A DNA stretch of 64,000 bases, from positions 124,001 to 188,000 of IMG/VR virus record IMGVR_UViG_3300017963_000192; one strand, 5' to 3'. The position numbers and the translations under genes were made by a program. Of the stretch, positions 26,361 to 35,762 are shown piece after piece (within the stretch, counting starts at the first letter, position 1; each line of letters starts with the position of its first letter). The notes beneath the pieces were generated by a model. That model made no database searches and was not told where the DNA came from. It saw nothing but the letters and a program-made list of their open reading frames with translations.

Positions 26361-28547
26361 ATGGCGTATTCACCACCAGCAAATCAACAAGAATCTAATG
26401 AGGGTTTAATTGCTGAGATTAAACTTGGTAGTTTAACAGATGTTAATTTATATTTAAATGATGGGACTTATCCAGCAGATCCAGACTCAAGAGATACAGA
26501 CAATAAAACAGCATTAATGGTAAGTGCTGTTAATTCTCATACTGACCAACCAGACATTACAAATGCTTTATTAGGAAAGGGGGCTGACCATTCTCTTACA
26601 GATAGTGTTGAGGGTAGAACAGCAATGCATTGGTCAGCAGTTGGAAACATGGCACAAACAGCAGAGAATTTAGCTGATGGTGGTTACACAACCCTCGACC
26701 AGACTGATAATGATGGTAACACAGAACTTCATGTTTGTTGTATATATGATGGGCACAATGTTGCTGGTTTTCTTTTAGATACAACATATTGGACTAGTCC
26801 ACCAAATCCAGCTAACATTGAATATTCTAATACCGATACTCACACACCTTACTTGGCATGTGCTAAAAACGATTCTCCTAATACTATTCCAGTTTTAGAT
26901 GGAAAAGGTGCAAACGTATCTGCTACGGATACTAATGGATATAATGCAATGATCATTGCTGCCAGAAACAGTTCTGCAAATGTAATCGCCCCTTTAAAGA
27001 CTGCTGGAACAAGTATCACTTTTAAAGATGGGAATGATAGAAATGCTCTTATGCATTGTGGAATGGTTGATTCATCTTCTGCCGTTGTTGCGGCTTTAAT
27101 TTCTGAAGGAATTCCTAAAGATATATATGACAATGCAACAGACAAAAAAACTGCATTAATGTATGCTGCTGAATATGATGCCTCTACTTCAGGTGTAGCA
27201 ATGATTAACAATAATGTTAATCCAGAAACTTTAGGTAATTATAATTTTACGGCATTACTTTGGGCTGCTTATTATGATAGTGGAGATTTCATAACTTCGG
27301 TGAATGGTTTGGTTAATCTCGATGCAGTAGGGTTGGTTAGTTTTTTAAGTCCTACAACAATTTTAAGCACTACTGAATGGGATGCTTTGTGGATTGCAAC
27401 ATATCAAGAATCTGATAATGCTATTCCTTCTTTGATAGATATAGGTATGGATGTTGATGCCGTTGATACAGGTCATCCTACATCTGAAACAATATTGATG
27501 TTTGCTTCAAGAAATATGAAACCGGATTCAATTACAGCTCTCATAGACAAAGATGCAACCTTTAAAAAGAGAGATGATATTGGTAGGATAGCTATGCATT
27601 TTGGACTAGAGACTAGGGATTTACCAACTATTAATGCATTGATAAATCATCCTGATTTAGATCCTAATACAAAAGATTTGAATGGAGTATCATTGCTAAT
27701 GACGGCTGCTGAATATGATTTATCAACAATAATACCAACATTAATAACAAAAGGAGTCGCTCTTTCTACAAAAGACAATTCTGGTAAGACAGCGTTAATG
27801 TACGCATCCAAAGAAGGCAATATAGCATCTGTTACAGCATTAGTAACTGGTGGAGCAAGTTTAGATTCTAGAGATTTTAGTGATAATACTGCACTTCTTA
27901 TTGCAGCAGATATGAATGGAAAAGGTCACAAAGATGTTGTTGAATATTTAATTAATCAAGGAGCTAATGTTAATGCAAGTAATAATAGAAATCAAACGGC
28001 ATTGATGTGGGCAGCTAAGAAAAACTATACAGATACTATAACATTATTGATAAATAACGATGCTGACTATACTAAAATAGATGATAAAGAATGGACTGCT
28101 CTTAAATGGGCTATCGAATGGGGTAGTAGCAATGCTGAAACTTTATTGCGAACTTACATGAATCCTGAAGCAGAGATTCAAGTAAGACAGAGTGAAACTA
28201 TTTACGTTTCTGGAGAATCTGTGTATGATTTTGGTGAAATTGTAGCAGGAAACTCTGGTGAGGCTATCTCATTTAGAATTTTAAATCACGGTACTTCTGA
28301 TCTAGAAATAGAATATGTTTATACTGAGAGTAATGTGTTTGTTATAAATACAACATCTATGGCAACAACGATTGCTCCAAATGGTGAGACATCTTTTACA
28401 ATAACATTTGCTCCACCAATCATAGAAGATCCAGATAGTGTGAGTGCGGCTCAATATAGGGATACTATAAAGATATCTAACAATGATGTAGATGAAGGTA
28501 TGTTTGAGTTTGATGCTTTTGGTACTGCTTTGGAGCCGGAGGCATAA
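26361..28547 (+). CDS. ankyrin-repeat protein with C-terminal Ig-like (choice-of-anchor D/ASH-like) domain
   Basis: many GxTALMxA repeats; C-terminal YDFGEI..FRILNHGTSDLEI..TIAPNGETSFTITFAP..ISNNDVDEG.FEF..G. Confidence 0.85.
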   Translation: MAYSPPANQQESNEGLIAEIKLGSLTDVNLYLNDGTYPADPDSRDTDNKTALMVSAVNSHTDQPDITNALLGKGADHSLTDSVEGRTAMHWSAVGNMAQTAENLADGGYTTLDQTDNDGNTELHVCCIYDGHNVAGFLLDTTYWTSPPNPANIEYSNTDTHTPYLACAKNDSPNTIPVLDGKGANVSATDTNGYNAMIIAARNSSANVIAPLKTAGTSITFKDGNDRNALMHCGMVDSSSAVVAALISEGIPKDIYDNATDKKTALMYAAEYDASTSGVAMINNNVNPETLGNYNFTALLWAAYYDSGDFITSVNGLVNLDAVGLVSFLSPTTILSTTEWDALWIATYQESDNAIPSLIDIGMDVDAVDTGHPTSETILMFASRNMKPDSITALIDKDATFKKRDDIGRIAMHFGLETRDLPTINALINHPDLDPNTKDLNGVSLLMTAAEYDLSTIIPTLITKGVALSTKDNSGKTALMYASKEGNIASVTALVTGGASLDSRDFSDNTALLIAADMNGKGHKDVVEYLINQGANVNASNNRNQTALMWAAKKNYTDTITLLINNDADYTKIDDKEWTALKWAIEWGSSNAETLLRTYMNPEAEIQVRQSETIYVSGESVYDFGEIVAGNSGEAISFRILNHGTSDLEIEYVYTESNVFVINTTSMATTIAPNGETSFTITFAPPIIEDPDSVSAAQYRDTIKISNNDVDEGMFEFDAFGTALEPEA

Positions 28548-28550
28548 AAC

Positions 28551-28766
28551 ATGCCTAGTTATAATGAAAGTGTTTCTTGTAAGGGGTGTGGTGCTATTTT
28601 AGTAAAGGAATCTTGTATTTATTGTGGTACAGATAACGATGTTGTTTTTATGAGTATTAAAGAATACCAAGAAAAATTGCATTCTCATCTATTCTTTTGG
28701 GGAAATCCTGCTTTAGGACTTCCAGACACATATTGTGGGAGAAAAATAATATTAAGATGCGAATAA
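28551..28766 (+). CDS. small zinc-finger protein
   Basis: CKGCGA..CIYCG. Confidence 0.55.
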   Translation: MPSYNESVSCKGCGAILVKESCIYCGTDNDVVFMSIKEYQEKLHSHLFFWGNPALGLPDTYCGRKIILRCE

Positions 28767-30832
28767 ACAAAATAGAATTAAAAGGACACGGTTCTTATAG
28801 AAATTATACAGAGACAGATGTTCCTCTAGGGATTACTGGTGTTGTAGGTATATGGGATGAAGATCCACAAAGAAGTAATGCGTCTGGAAAATCAACTTTA
28901 GTTATGAGTGTTATTTATGCTCTGTTTGGGGAAGGTGAGTATAATAGGGTAGATGAGTTGGTAAATGATACGCCCATAGACAATGAGATGTTCGTTAAAA
29001 TTAATTTTGATCTTAATGGTAGAAATTATATTATTGAACGTGGTAGAAAAGGCACATCATCATTTTTAGATTTCTTTGAAGAAGGTACTCGTAGAGGAGA
29101 CAACATGAAATCCACTCAACAAGCTATTGTAGATGTGCTTGGAATGGATTATGATATGTTTACATCCTCTGTGTTCTTTGAACAAGGTAATATTGATAAA
29201 TTTATTAACGTTACTCCCGAACAAAGACGACAGTATATTGACAAAGTGCTTGGTTTAGAGGTTTGGAGGAACGCCTCCAAGTTTGCGAGCAAAAAAGCAA
29301 GAGAGCAAGAAACTCTTATAAAGACTACAACAGAAGAAATAGCAGCATTAACGACTAGAATAAAAGAGATAAGTGAAAAACTTACGAATAAAGTTGAAAT
29401 AGAAAAAAGCATAGCTAATAATTCTGAAAAATTAGAGGAAGAGAGGAAAGAGCTTGAAACATTACAACAATCTAAAACTTTAATTTCTACATCAGAGACT
29501 TTAGCAAAACAAATCCAGGTAATAGATGCTAATTTAATTACAAAGAATAGTGAAATTAATGATATTATACGAGATAAAGAAAGGTTTATAAAAAATTTAA
29601 ATGAAAGTGAGAATGCGTTATCAAACTTTGTTGAAGAAGATGAAACCGTTGTTTTGAATATGGAAAAGGAATTAAAAGAATTAAATGATAAAAAAGATGG
29701 ATTCTCTTCTTCTATAAGTGCTGTAAACTCTGACATAACTAAACTTAACACTAATATTAGTAATGTTAAAAACATAAAAAGAAATATCTCCGAAGGGTTA
29801 TGTCCAACATGTCAACAACCAGTATTAAAAGAATATGTTTCTGAACAACATCAACATTATGATAATGAAATTAATGAATATGAATCAAGCCTTAAAGATA
29901 AACAGAAAGAATCTGAAACATTACAATCGCAGTTTCAAGATATTAGGAAAACTTGTTCTGATATGTTTGATAACATTACAGAATTGCGAACTAGAATAAA
30001 TAATAATAAATTACAAAAGCAAATGCTTGAATCTGAAATTCTAAACATTAAAAATCAAATTGATGCGAAGAAATCTCTTGAGAAAAATTACAGAGGAACT
30101 ATTAGGGATTTAGAGATACAGCAAAATGAATTAAAAAATAAACATGTTGACATACAGAGTAAAATACCTCAAGGTGTCGAAGAAAAGATTGAGAATCTTG
30201 AAGAAAGCATTAAAAATATTGAAAAAGACATCTCTTATTGGAATATAAGACTAGGAGAGATGAATCAGTTAGAGGCTGATAAAGAAAATCTTGAAAAAGA
30301 TTTAAATGTTAAGAAAGCTGACTTAAATAATGCGAGAAAAGTATTATATATTTATAATGCCTTAACAACGAGATTTTTGTATATCGCAAAAAAGAAATTT
30401 GATAAGTCAATTATTGATATACAAAACGTATCTAATGATATCATACATCAAATACTCCCAGAGATTTCTGTGGATATTTATGTAGACGATTCTAAAGCTA
30501 AAAAGTTAATAATAGGGTTTAATGTAGATAATAAACCTAGAAGTTATAAGAGATTATCTGGTGGTCAACAAACGATAGTAAATATTGGTTTGCGTCTTGG
30601 TTTTTCTAAAGTTATTAAGAAAAGAGCTAAAACTAATATAGGGTTTGTTGTTTTAGATGAGCCTTTTGGAGTGTTGGATGAGTATAGTAAAACTCTTGTA
30701 AGAAGGATGCTCACTTTAATGTTGGATTGGTTTGAGCAAGTTATTGCTATTTCTCATGTTGATAGTATTAAGGAATTCCCTAATATAATTACTGTTAGGT
30801 TCTCTCCAGAGAAGATTAGTTATATTAATTAA
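28757..30832 (+). CDS. sbcC: Rad50/SbcC ATPase
   Basis: SNASGKST, Q-loop FFEQG, CPTC hook, LSGGQ, LDEPF, ISH; start MRINKIEL. Confidence 0.9.
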   Translation: MRINKIELKGHGSYRNYTETDVPLGITGVVGIWDEDPQRSNASGKSTLVMSVIYALFGEGEYNRVDELVNDTPIDNEMFVKINFDLNGRNYIIERGRKGTSSFLDFFEEGTRRGDNMKSTQQAIVDVLGMDYDMFTSSVFFEQGNIDKFINVTPEQRRQYIDKVLGLEVWRNASKFASKKAREQETLIKTTTEEIAALTTRIKEISEKLTNKVEIEKSIANNSEKLEEERKELETLQQSKTLISTSETLAKQIQVIDANLITKNSEINDIIRDKERFIKNLNESENALSNFVEEDETVVLNMEKELKELNDKKDGFSSSISAVNSDITKLNTNISNVKNIKRNISEGLCPTCQQPVLKEYVSEQHQHYDNEINEYESSLKDKQKESETLQSQFQDIRKTCSDMFDNITELRTRINNNKLQKQMLESEILNIKNQIDAKKSLEKNYRGTIRDLEIQQNELKNKHVDIQSKIPQGVEEKIENLEESIKNIEKDISYWNIRLGEMNQLEADKENLEKDLNVKKADLNNARKVLYIYNALTTRFLYIAKKKFDKSIIDIQNVSNDIIHQILPEISVDIYVDDSKAKKLIIGFNVDNKPRSYKRLSGGQQTIVNIGLRLGFSKVIKKRAKTNIGFVVLDEPFGVLDEYSKTLVRRMLTLMLDWFEQVIAISHVDSIKEFPNIITVRFSPEKISYIN

Positions 30833-30842
30833 GTAGGTGAAG

Positions 30843-31001
30843 ATGAAAGTTCAAAAAATGAGAGTAGTGTTTTGTCCTTTTTGCGGGCATCCACAATATG
30901 CTTTTGTTAAAGATGATGATGAAATAGGGGAAGTTACTTGTGAAGATTGTAAAAAAGAATACAATCCTAAAGATTATGTAGATACTCCAGCACCCTATTA
31001 A
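30843..31001 (+). CDS. small zinc-ribbon protein (52 aa, not in ORF track)
   Basis: CPFCG..CEDC; AGGTGA RBS. Confidence 0.6.
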   Translation: MKVQKMRVVFCPFCGHPQYAFVKDDDEIGEVTCEDCKKEYNPKDYVDTPAPY

Positions 31002-31054
31002 GTTTATAATTAGTTAGCAAGATTTTTATGTCTTGCTATCTTTATTTATAGGAG

Positions 31055-32518
31055 ATGAATATGATATTAAATAAAGTTTATGAAGAATTCGTAGAAACAA
31101 CAGGATTAACAGATAGTATGTACAAAACAGTCTTTGTTCAAATAGGAGACGTTTTGAGTTTAATTAACAACGTTACTTGGATGAGTTTAGTTTATAGTAT
31201 CGGAGATAGTTCTTATCCAACAGATTTTATGGGTAAAGCTCCAACACCTTTATATGTTGTGGAGATAGCCCAAAATCTTTTTGAAAAATCTTACACATTC
31301 CCAGAAAGTAGTAAAGTTGAATTGGATGTTAGATTTAAAGGAAAGTTTTTAAAAGTTACTTGCGAAGGTGATAAGGTTAATATTCCTCAAGAATTGGGGT
31401 ATGTAAAACATTATTCACTATTTCCTTTTTTTCTTATTACTAAAAAAGTTTATGATATTTTTGAGGAATTTGATAGTCTGTTTTCTTTTGTAAACAGATT
31501 TAAAACAAAAGTCAAATCTATTTACGCTCCATTAGAACAGAATTTTGAAAAGACAATAGTTAAAAAGTCAATTGATAGTGGGAATGTCACAAATTCTGGA
31601 GTTGCTTCAAGATTAGGTTTAGTAGAAAATATGAAGAAAAATAGAGATGATTTATTAAAGAGAACCGAAAAATTGAGAAATGATAGGGAAAAGCTTGTTC
31701 AAGATAAAAATAATATTTCTCAAATATTAAAAAAGAAAGAGGGTTTGTTTTTTGAAAAATCAAATCTCGATAAAGAGTACGAATTATTACAAGAAAGTTA
31801 TGATAAAGATAAGAAGAAGTTTGATAAGGTGGTGGATATTCTTGCTACAATAGATTCTGAATTATTATCTCAAAATAATTCAGAAACTCCAAACAATACT
31901 GAAATAATATATCTCAAGGAGAAGAAAGATGCTTTTACGGGAGAAAAGATAGCATTAGAGAATTCTTTAAATGATACACATTCATTAAAAGAGTCTTTAT
32001 TGGTAAGAATTAATTCTCTTAAAAACGACATTACTAACGGTGGTGATTATAATGCTACCGATGTTGGTGTTATGGAGAGTAAAATTGCAGCTGTTGATAA
32101 AGAAAGGGATGAGATATATGGTGCATTAGTTACATTGGAGAATGAGATAAAACAACAGAGTGCATCTGCCTCTAATGAAAGCAAACAAATAGAGATGAGT
32201 AAAGAGACTCCAATGCCGTCTGGAATTGATTCTATTTCTAGAAAGAATATAGTAGAACATTTATCTAGTCCTTTACAGCCAACATCTGTTACAACTGTAA
32301 TGAACTATTTAAGATATTATTTTGCGTATCATACAACTAAAATAGCGACACAATTAAGTACTGTTCATTCTAATGTTGATCAAATAGCGTTACAATCTCT
32401 TGCTTGTAAGCTTACTTTGGTTAGACATTTTGGAGTGTACTATAACAATGTGTTCTCTGCTGTTAATTTCGTTGATGATAGGGTAGGACACGTAACATTG
32501 GTAGATGTTAAAGCATAA
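31055..32518 (+). CDS. long coiled-coil protein
   Basis: 487 aa, central heptad-rich region. Confidence 0.6.
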   Translation: MNMILNKVYEEFVETTGLTDSMYKTVFVQIGDVLSLINNVTWMSLVYSIGDSSYPTDFMGKAPTPLYVVEIAQNLFEKSYTFPESSKVELDVRFKGKFLKVTCEGDKVNIPQELGYVKHYSLFPFFLITKKVYDIFEEFDSLFSFVNRFKTKVKSIYAPLEQNFEKTIVKKSIDSGNVTNSGVASRLGLVENMKKNRDDLLKRTEKLRNDREKLVQDKNNISQILKKKEGLFFEKSNLDKEYELLQESYDKDKKKFDKVVDILATIDSELLSQNNSETPNNTEIIYLKEKKDAFTGEKIALENSLNDTHSLKESLLVRINSLKNDITNGGDYNATDVGVMESKIAAVDKERDEIYGALVTLENEIKQQSASASNESKQIEMSKETPMPSGIDSISRKNIVEHLSSPLQPTSVTTVMNYLRYYFAYHTTKIATQLSTVHSNVDQIALQSLACKLTLVRHFGVYYNNVFSAVNFVDDRVGHVTLVDVKA

Positions 32519-32919
32519 TGCGTCCTTTTTTAGATTGGCTCTTTAGAAGGAAGGGTCGTGTCGCTAAAAAGTTTTTAGATGATGTAAAGATGATGAATAG
32601 TCTATCAAATGAGATTAAGACGAAGCAAGAGAGATTGGATACGCTTGAATACCATACTTTGTTAGAGAAAAAAGAAGAATTTTATTTGTCATTATCTAAT
32701 TTTTTAGAATTAATGGAAATCTCTAACCTTGGTATGCAAGAAATCCTAAAGAGGTGTAAACACGTTTCAGAGCTTGATGGTAAGTCTTGTTCTGTAATAG
32801 AAATACACGCTGTTTTAGAAGATAATCACATAGTTCTTTGTCCTGACGTTAAAGAATGTGATAAACATAAAGGTATGGATAGTGAAAAGATGAAAATAGC
32901 AATGATTAGGAGAAAATGA
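32518..32919 (+). CDS. hypothetical protein
   Basis: coupled TAATG junction. Confidence 0.55.
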   Translation: MRPFLDWLFRRKGRVAKKFLDDVKMMNSLSNEIKTKQERLDTLEYHTLLEKKEEFYLSLSNFLELMEISNLGMQEILKRCKHVSELDGKSCSVIEIHAVLEDNHIVLCPDVKECDKHKGMDSEKMKIAMIRRK

Positions 32920-32920
32920 A

Positions 32921-33226
32921 ATGGATAAATTAATAGTTTATTTTTTCAGCACTATTTTTGCGATTGGTCTTGTTATTGTAACAGTTATTTGGGAAGGTTT
33001 TGCTATTTATAAATTGTGGGAGTGGTTTATAGTTTCCACTTTTGGATTACCTGTGATATCCATTCCAATAGCAATTGGAATTAGCCTTTTTGTTAATGTA
33101 GTTAATTATAAATCCCCTTCTATTGGAGAGAGTGACAAAAAGAGTTTGAAAAAATTTGGTATAAAACAATTATCAATTGGGTTTTCATTGTTAATAGGAT
33201 ATGTTGTTAAGACGTACTTTATGTAA
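32921..33226 (+). CDS. membrane protein
   Basis: three hydrophobic segments. Confidence 0.65.
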   Translation: MDKLIVYFFSTIFAIGLVIVTVIWEGFAIYKLWEWFIVSTFGLPVISIPIAIGISLFVNVVNYKSPSIGESDKKSLKKFGIKQLSIGFSLLIGYVVKTYFM

Positions 33227-33236
33227 AGGATTATAA

Positions 33237-34049
33237 ATGAATCAAGATAATCAAAACGAAATAATAATTAATTCTGACACAGGAGAACCTGAAACGTCTA
33301 CTGAATTAGTTCCAGTAGAAACTCCTACTACATCAATTCAAGAAGAAGATACCGCAACCTATGGAAGAGTTTTAAAAAGAAGTACTATATGTACTGTTTG
33401 CAATCATCCACAATATAGAGAAATAAATCTTATGCGTGCTCGTGACCATATGCCTTTAGACGAAATATCAAGACTTATGTTGGTATCTGTGGATGCATTA
33501 AGAATACATTTTAAGAATCATTATATGATTTCTGAATCTAATAGCAGAATTATTGCTTTAAGAGAAGACGCAAGCCCAGAAGCAAATGAGCTTGTTAGAA
33601 AAATCTTTGATAAAGAGATTGATTTATTTTCTGGTGCTCAAAGTGTTTTAGAATCTAAAGCCGAAAGGTTAAATGCGATTAGAAGTAGGATGCAACTATT
33701 AACCGATAGGCAAGAGATAGATGCGTTGGATGATATAGAGACTGCTGAATTTATTAGTTTGAATAAACTAGCAGAGGAAACAGAAAATTCTGTATTAAAA
33801 GCTTATCAAATAATCGATAAAAAGCTTTTTCCTATGAAGAAAGAGGAATTGTCCAATGCTATCCTTCAGTATAAATTAAATATTTTAAGTAAGATGCTTG
33901 ACCAGATTCAAATAGTCTTTCTTGAGTTTGAGAGTAACGCACAGTTTAAACCACTAATCGATGAATTAAGGAGGGCATTAGCATCGAGATTTAATCAAAT
34001 TGAAGATGAGATTCTTAAATCTGGTGGCATTATGCAACAAAATCAATAA
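33237..34049 (+). CDS. Zn-finger/HTH protein, possible terminase small subunit
   Basis: CTVCNHP..EISR..VSVDALRIHFKNH followed by helical region. Confidence 0.45.
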   Translation: MNQDNQNEIIINSDTGEPETSTELVPVETPTTSIQEEDTATYGRVLKRSTICTVCNHPQYREINLMRARDHMPLDEISRLMLVSVDALRIHFKNHYMISESNSRIIALREDASPEANELVRKIFDKEIDLFSGAQSVLESKAERLNAIRSRMQLLTDRQEIDALDDIETAEFISLNKLAEETENSVLKAYQIIDKKLFPMKKEELSNAILQYKLNILSKMLDQIQIVFLEFESNAQFKPLIDELRRALASRFNQIEDEILKSGGIMQQNQ

Positions 34050-34052
34050 AGG

Positions 34053-35081
34053 ATGTGTGAGGTATTTATTATAATGGCTACACAAGTTACATGCAATAAT
34101 TGTGGTAAGGATTTTAACGTTACACCATCAAGATTTGAGACGAGAGATTTTTTCTTTTGTTGTAAAAAATGTGAGGGAGAATACAGAAAAGTAGAACCTA
34201 ATATGAAATGTCCTATTTGTGATAAATCTTTTCATATAAAACCTTATAGAATAAAACGTTTATCAAATGGGGAAGAGGTTTGCTGTTCTAAAGAATGTTC
34301 TAATATCCATAAAATGGAAAGGATGCTTGGGGAAAATAATCATCAATATGGTTTAAAAGGTGAATTAAACTCAAGTTTTAAAAAAGATTTTAAATTTTCT
34401 AGATATGGATATTTATTGGTAAGATATGTAGATCATCCTTTTAGGGGTAAAGATGATTTTATTCTTTTTCACAGAATTATTATGGAAGAATTTTTGAAAA
34501 ATAATTATCCCGATAGTCCCTATTTAGTTACAGTTGAAGGTTTTGGCGAACTTTTATTTTTGGACAAAAGCATTGTAGTTCATCACAAGAATGAAAATAA
34601 ATTAGATAATAGAATTTCAAATCTTAAATGTATGTTTAAAGGAGAACATACTAGTTATCATAATGTAATTGGTAAAAAGAAAAAAGTAGCTACAACCCCT
34701 CTTGTTAAAATGGATTTAGATGATGCTGCTCAAGATATAATGAGTAATGAGAACGTAACGATTCCTCCTAAAGATTCTAAATTAATAAAAACAAACCTTT
34801 TTATAGCAATCCCTAAAAATCATGTTGGTCTTATATGGTCGAGAAGCGGAATGTCTGTTAAAAACAAAATTGAAGTTGGTGCTGGTTGTATAGATTCGGG
34901 ATATAGGGGTGAAGTTAAAGTTCATTTATACAATTATGGAAACAATTATTTTAAAGTTAATAAGGGGGATAGGATAGCACAGTTATTAACAATACCTATT
35001 AATCCTTATGAATATGAAGAAGTAGATGATCTAGATGAAACTAAAAGAGGTTCTGGAGGTTTTGGACATTCTGGAACATAA
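34053..35081 (+). CDS. dut: trimeric dUTPase fused to zinc-finger/HNH endonuclease
   Basis: HRIIME..VVHHKNENKLDNRISNL; dUTPase motifs SRSG, GCIDSGYRGE, GDRIAQL, RGSGGFGHSG. Confidence 0.85.
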   Translation: MCEVFIIMATQVTCNNCGKDFNVTPSRFETRDFFFCCKKCEGEYRKVEPNMKCPICDKSFHIKPYRIKRLSNGEEVCCSKECSNIHKMERMLGENNHQYGLKGELNSSFKKDFKFSRYGYLLVRYVDHPFRGKDDFILFHRIIMEEFLKNNYPDSPYLVTVEGFGELLFLDKSIVVHHKNENKLDNRISNLKCMFKGEHTSYHNVIGKKKKVATTPLVKMDLDDAAQDIMSNENVTIPPKDSKLIKTNLFIAIPKNHVGLIWSRSGMSVKNKIEVGAGCIDSGYRGEVKVHLYNYGNNYFKVNKGDRIAQLLTIPINPYEYEEVDDLDETKRGSGGFGHSGT

Positions 35082-35297
35082 AAATAATTCTTAAAGGAGA
35101 AAAATTATTATGCAACAGGTTATCACTAAAACTAAAAATTATGAAAGGGGTGTTATTGTAAATTCAGATATTATAAAAGAAAAATGCCCAGTCAATCCGA
35201 AACACCAATTAAGTACCAATATTATGGGTGAACTTGTTTGTTCTGTATGTTTTTTAACATTAAAAGATTTAAAAAAAATGATGGAGGTAGACAAGTA

Positions 35298-35561
35298 ATG
35301 TATGAGACAGATCAACATTTAAATAACATATATGATAATTGTAATCAAATTATAGATTTTTTAGATGAAATAAATAGTTCTGAAAGGAAAGACAATATAG
35401 CATATTATACTGTTCGTGCAGCAGAATGCCTAGGAAACATTAGGAGTATTGTTTCAATGTTGTGTACAAACGTTGTAGAGAAGTCCGACAAACTAATTGC
35501 TTTGGAAAATCAATTAAATACGGCACACGATATTCTTGATGATATTGAAATGGAGGGATGA
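35298..35561 (+). CDS. hypothetical protein
   Basis: start MYETD after GGAGG, following a 62-aa ORF at 35110-35298. Confidence 0.5.
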   Translation: MYETDQHLNNIYDNCNQIIDFLDEINSSERKDNIAYYTVRAAECLGNIRSIVSMLCTNVVEKSDKLIALENQLNTAHDILDDIEMEG

Positions 35562-35762
35562 TTATGTGTAATAATAAAAAAGTGAAGGAAGGGGCATATG
35601 TCCCTCCTTGTAGTTTTTTCTTTTGTTTTTTGGGAGATGATAAAAGAATAAAAGAATCTGATTTAGATAAGATATGGTTGGATTCAATAAGAGATAGTAT
35701 AGAATATGAAAAGGAAATAATTGAAAATGAATTATCTACATTTTTTTAAAGGAGACATATAA

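Noticed and set aside
35558-35749. 63-aa ORF before nrdJ as a confident gene
   Set aside because: Overlaps a hairpin plus T-run (about 35586-35630) that looks like a terminator; coding status uncertain.
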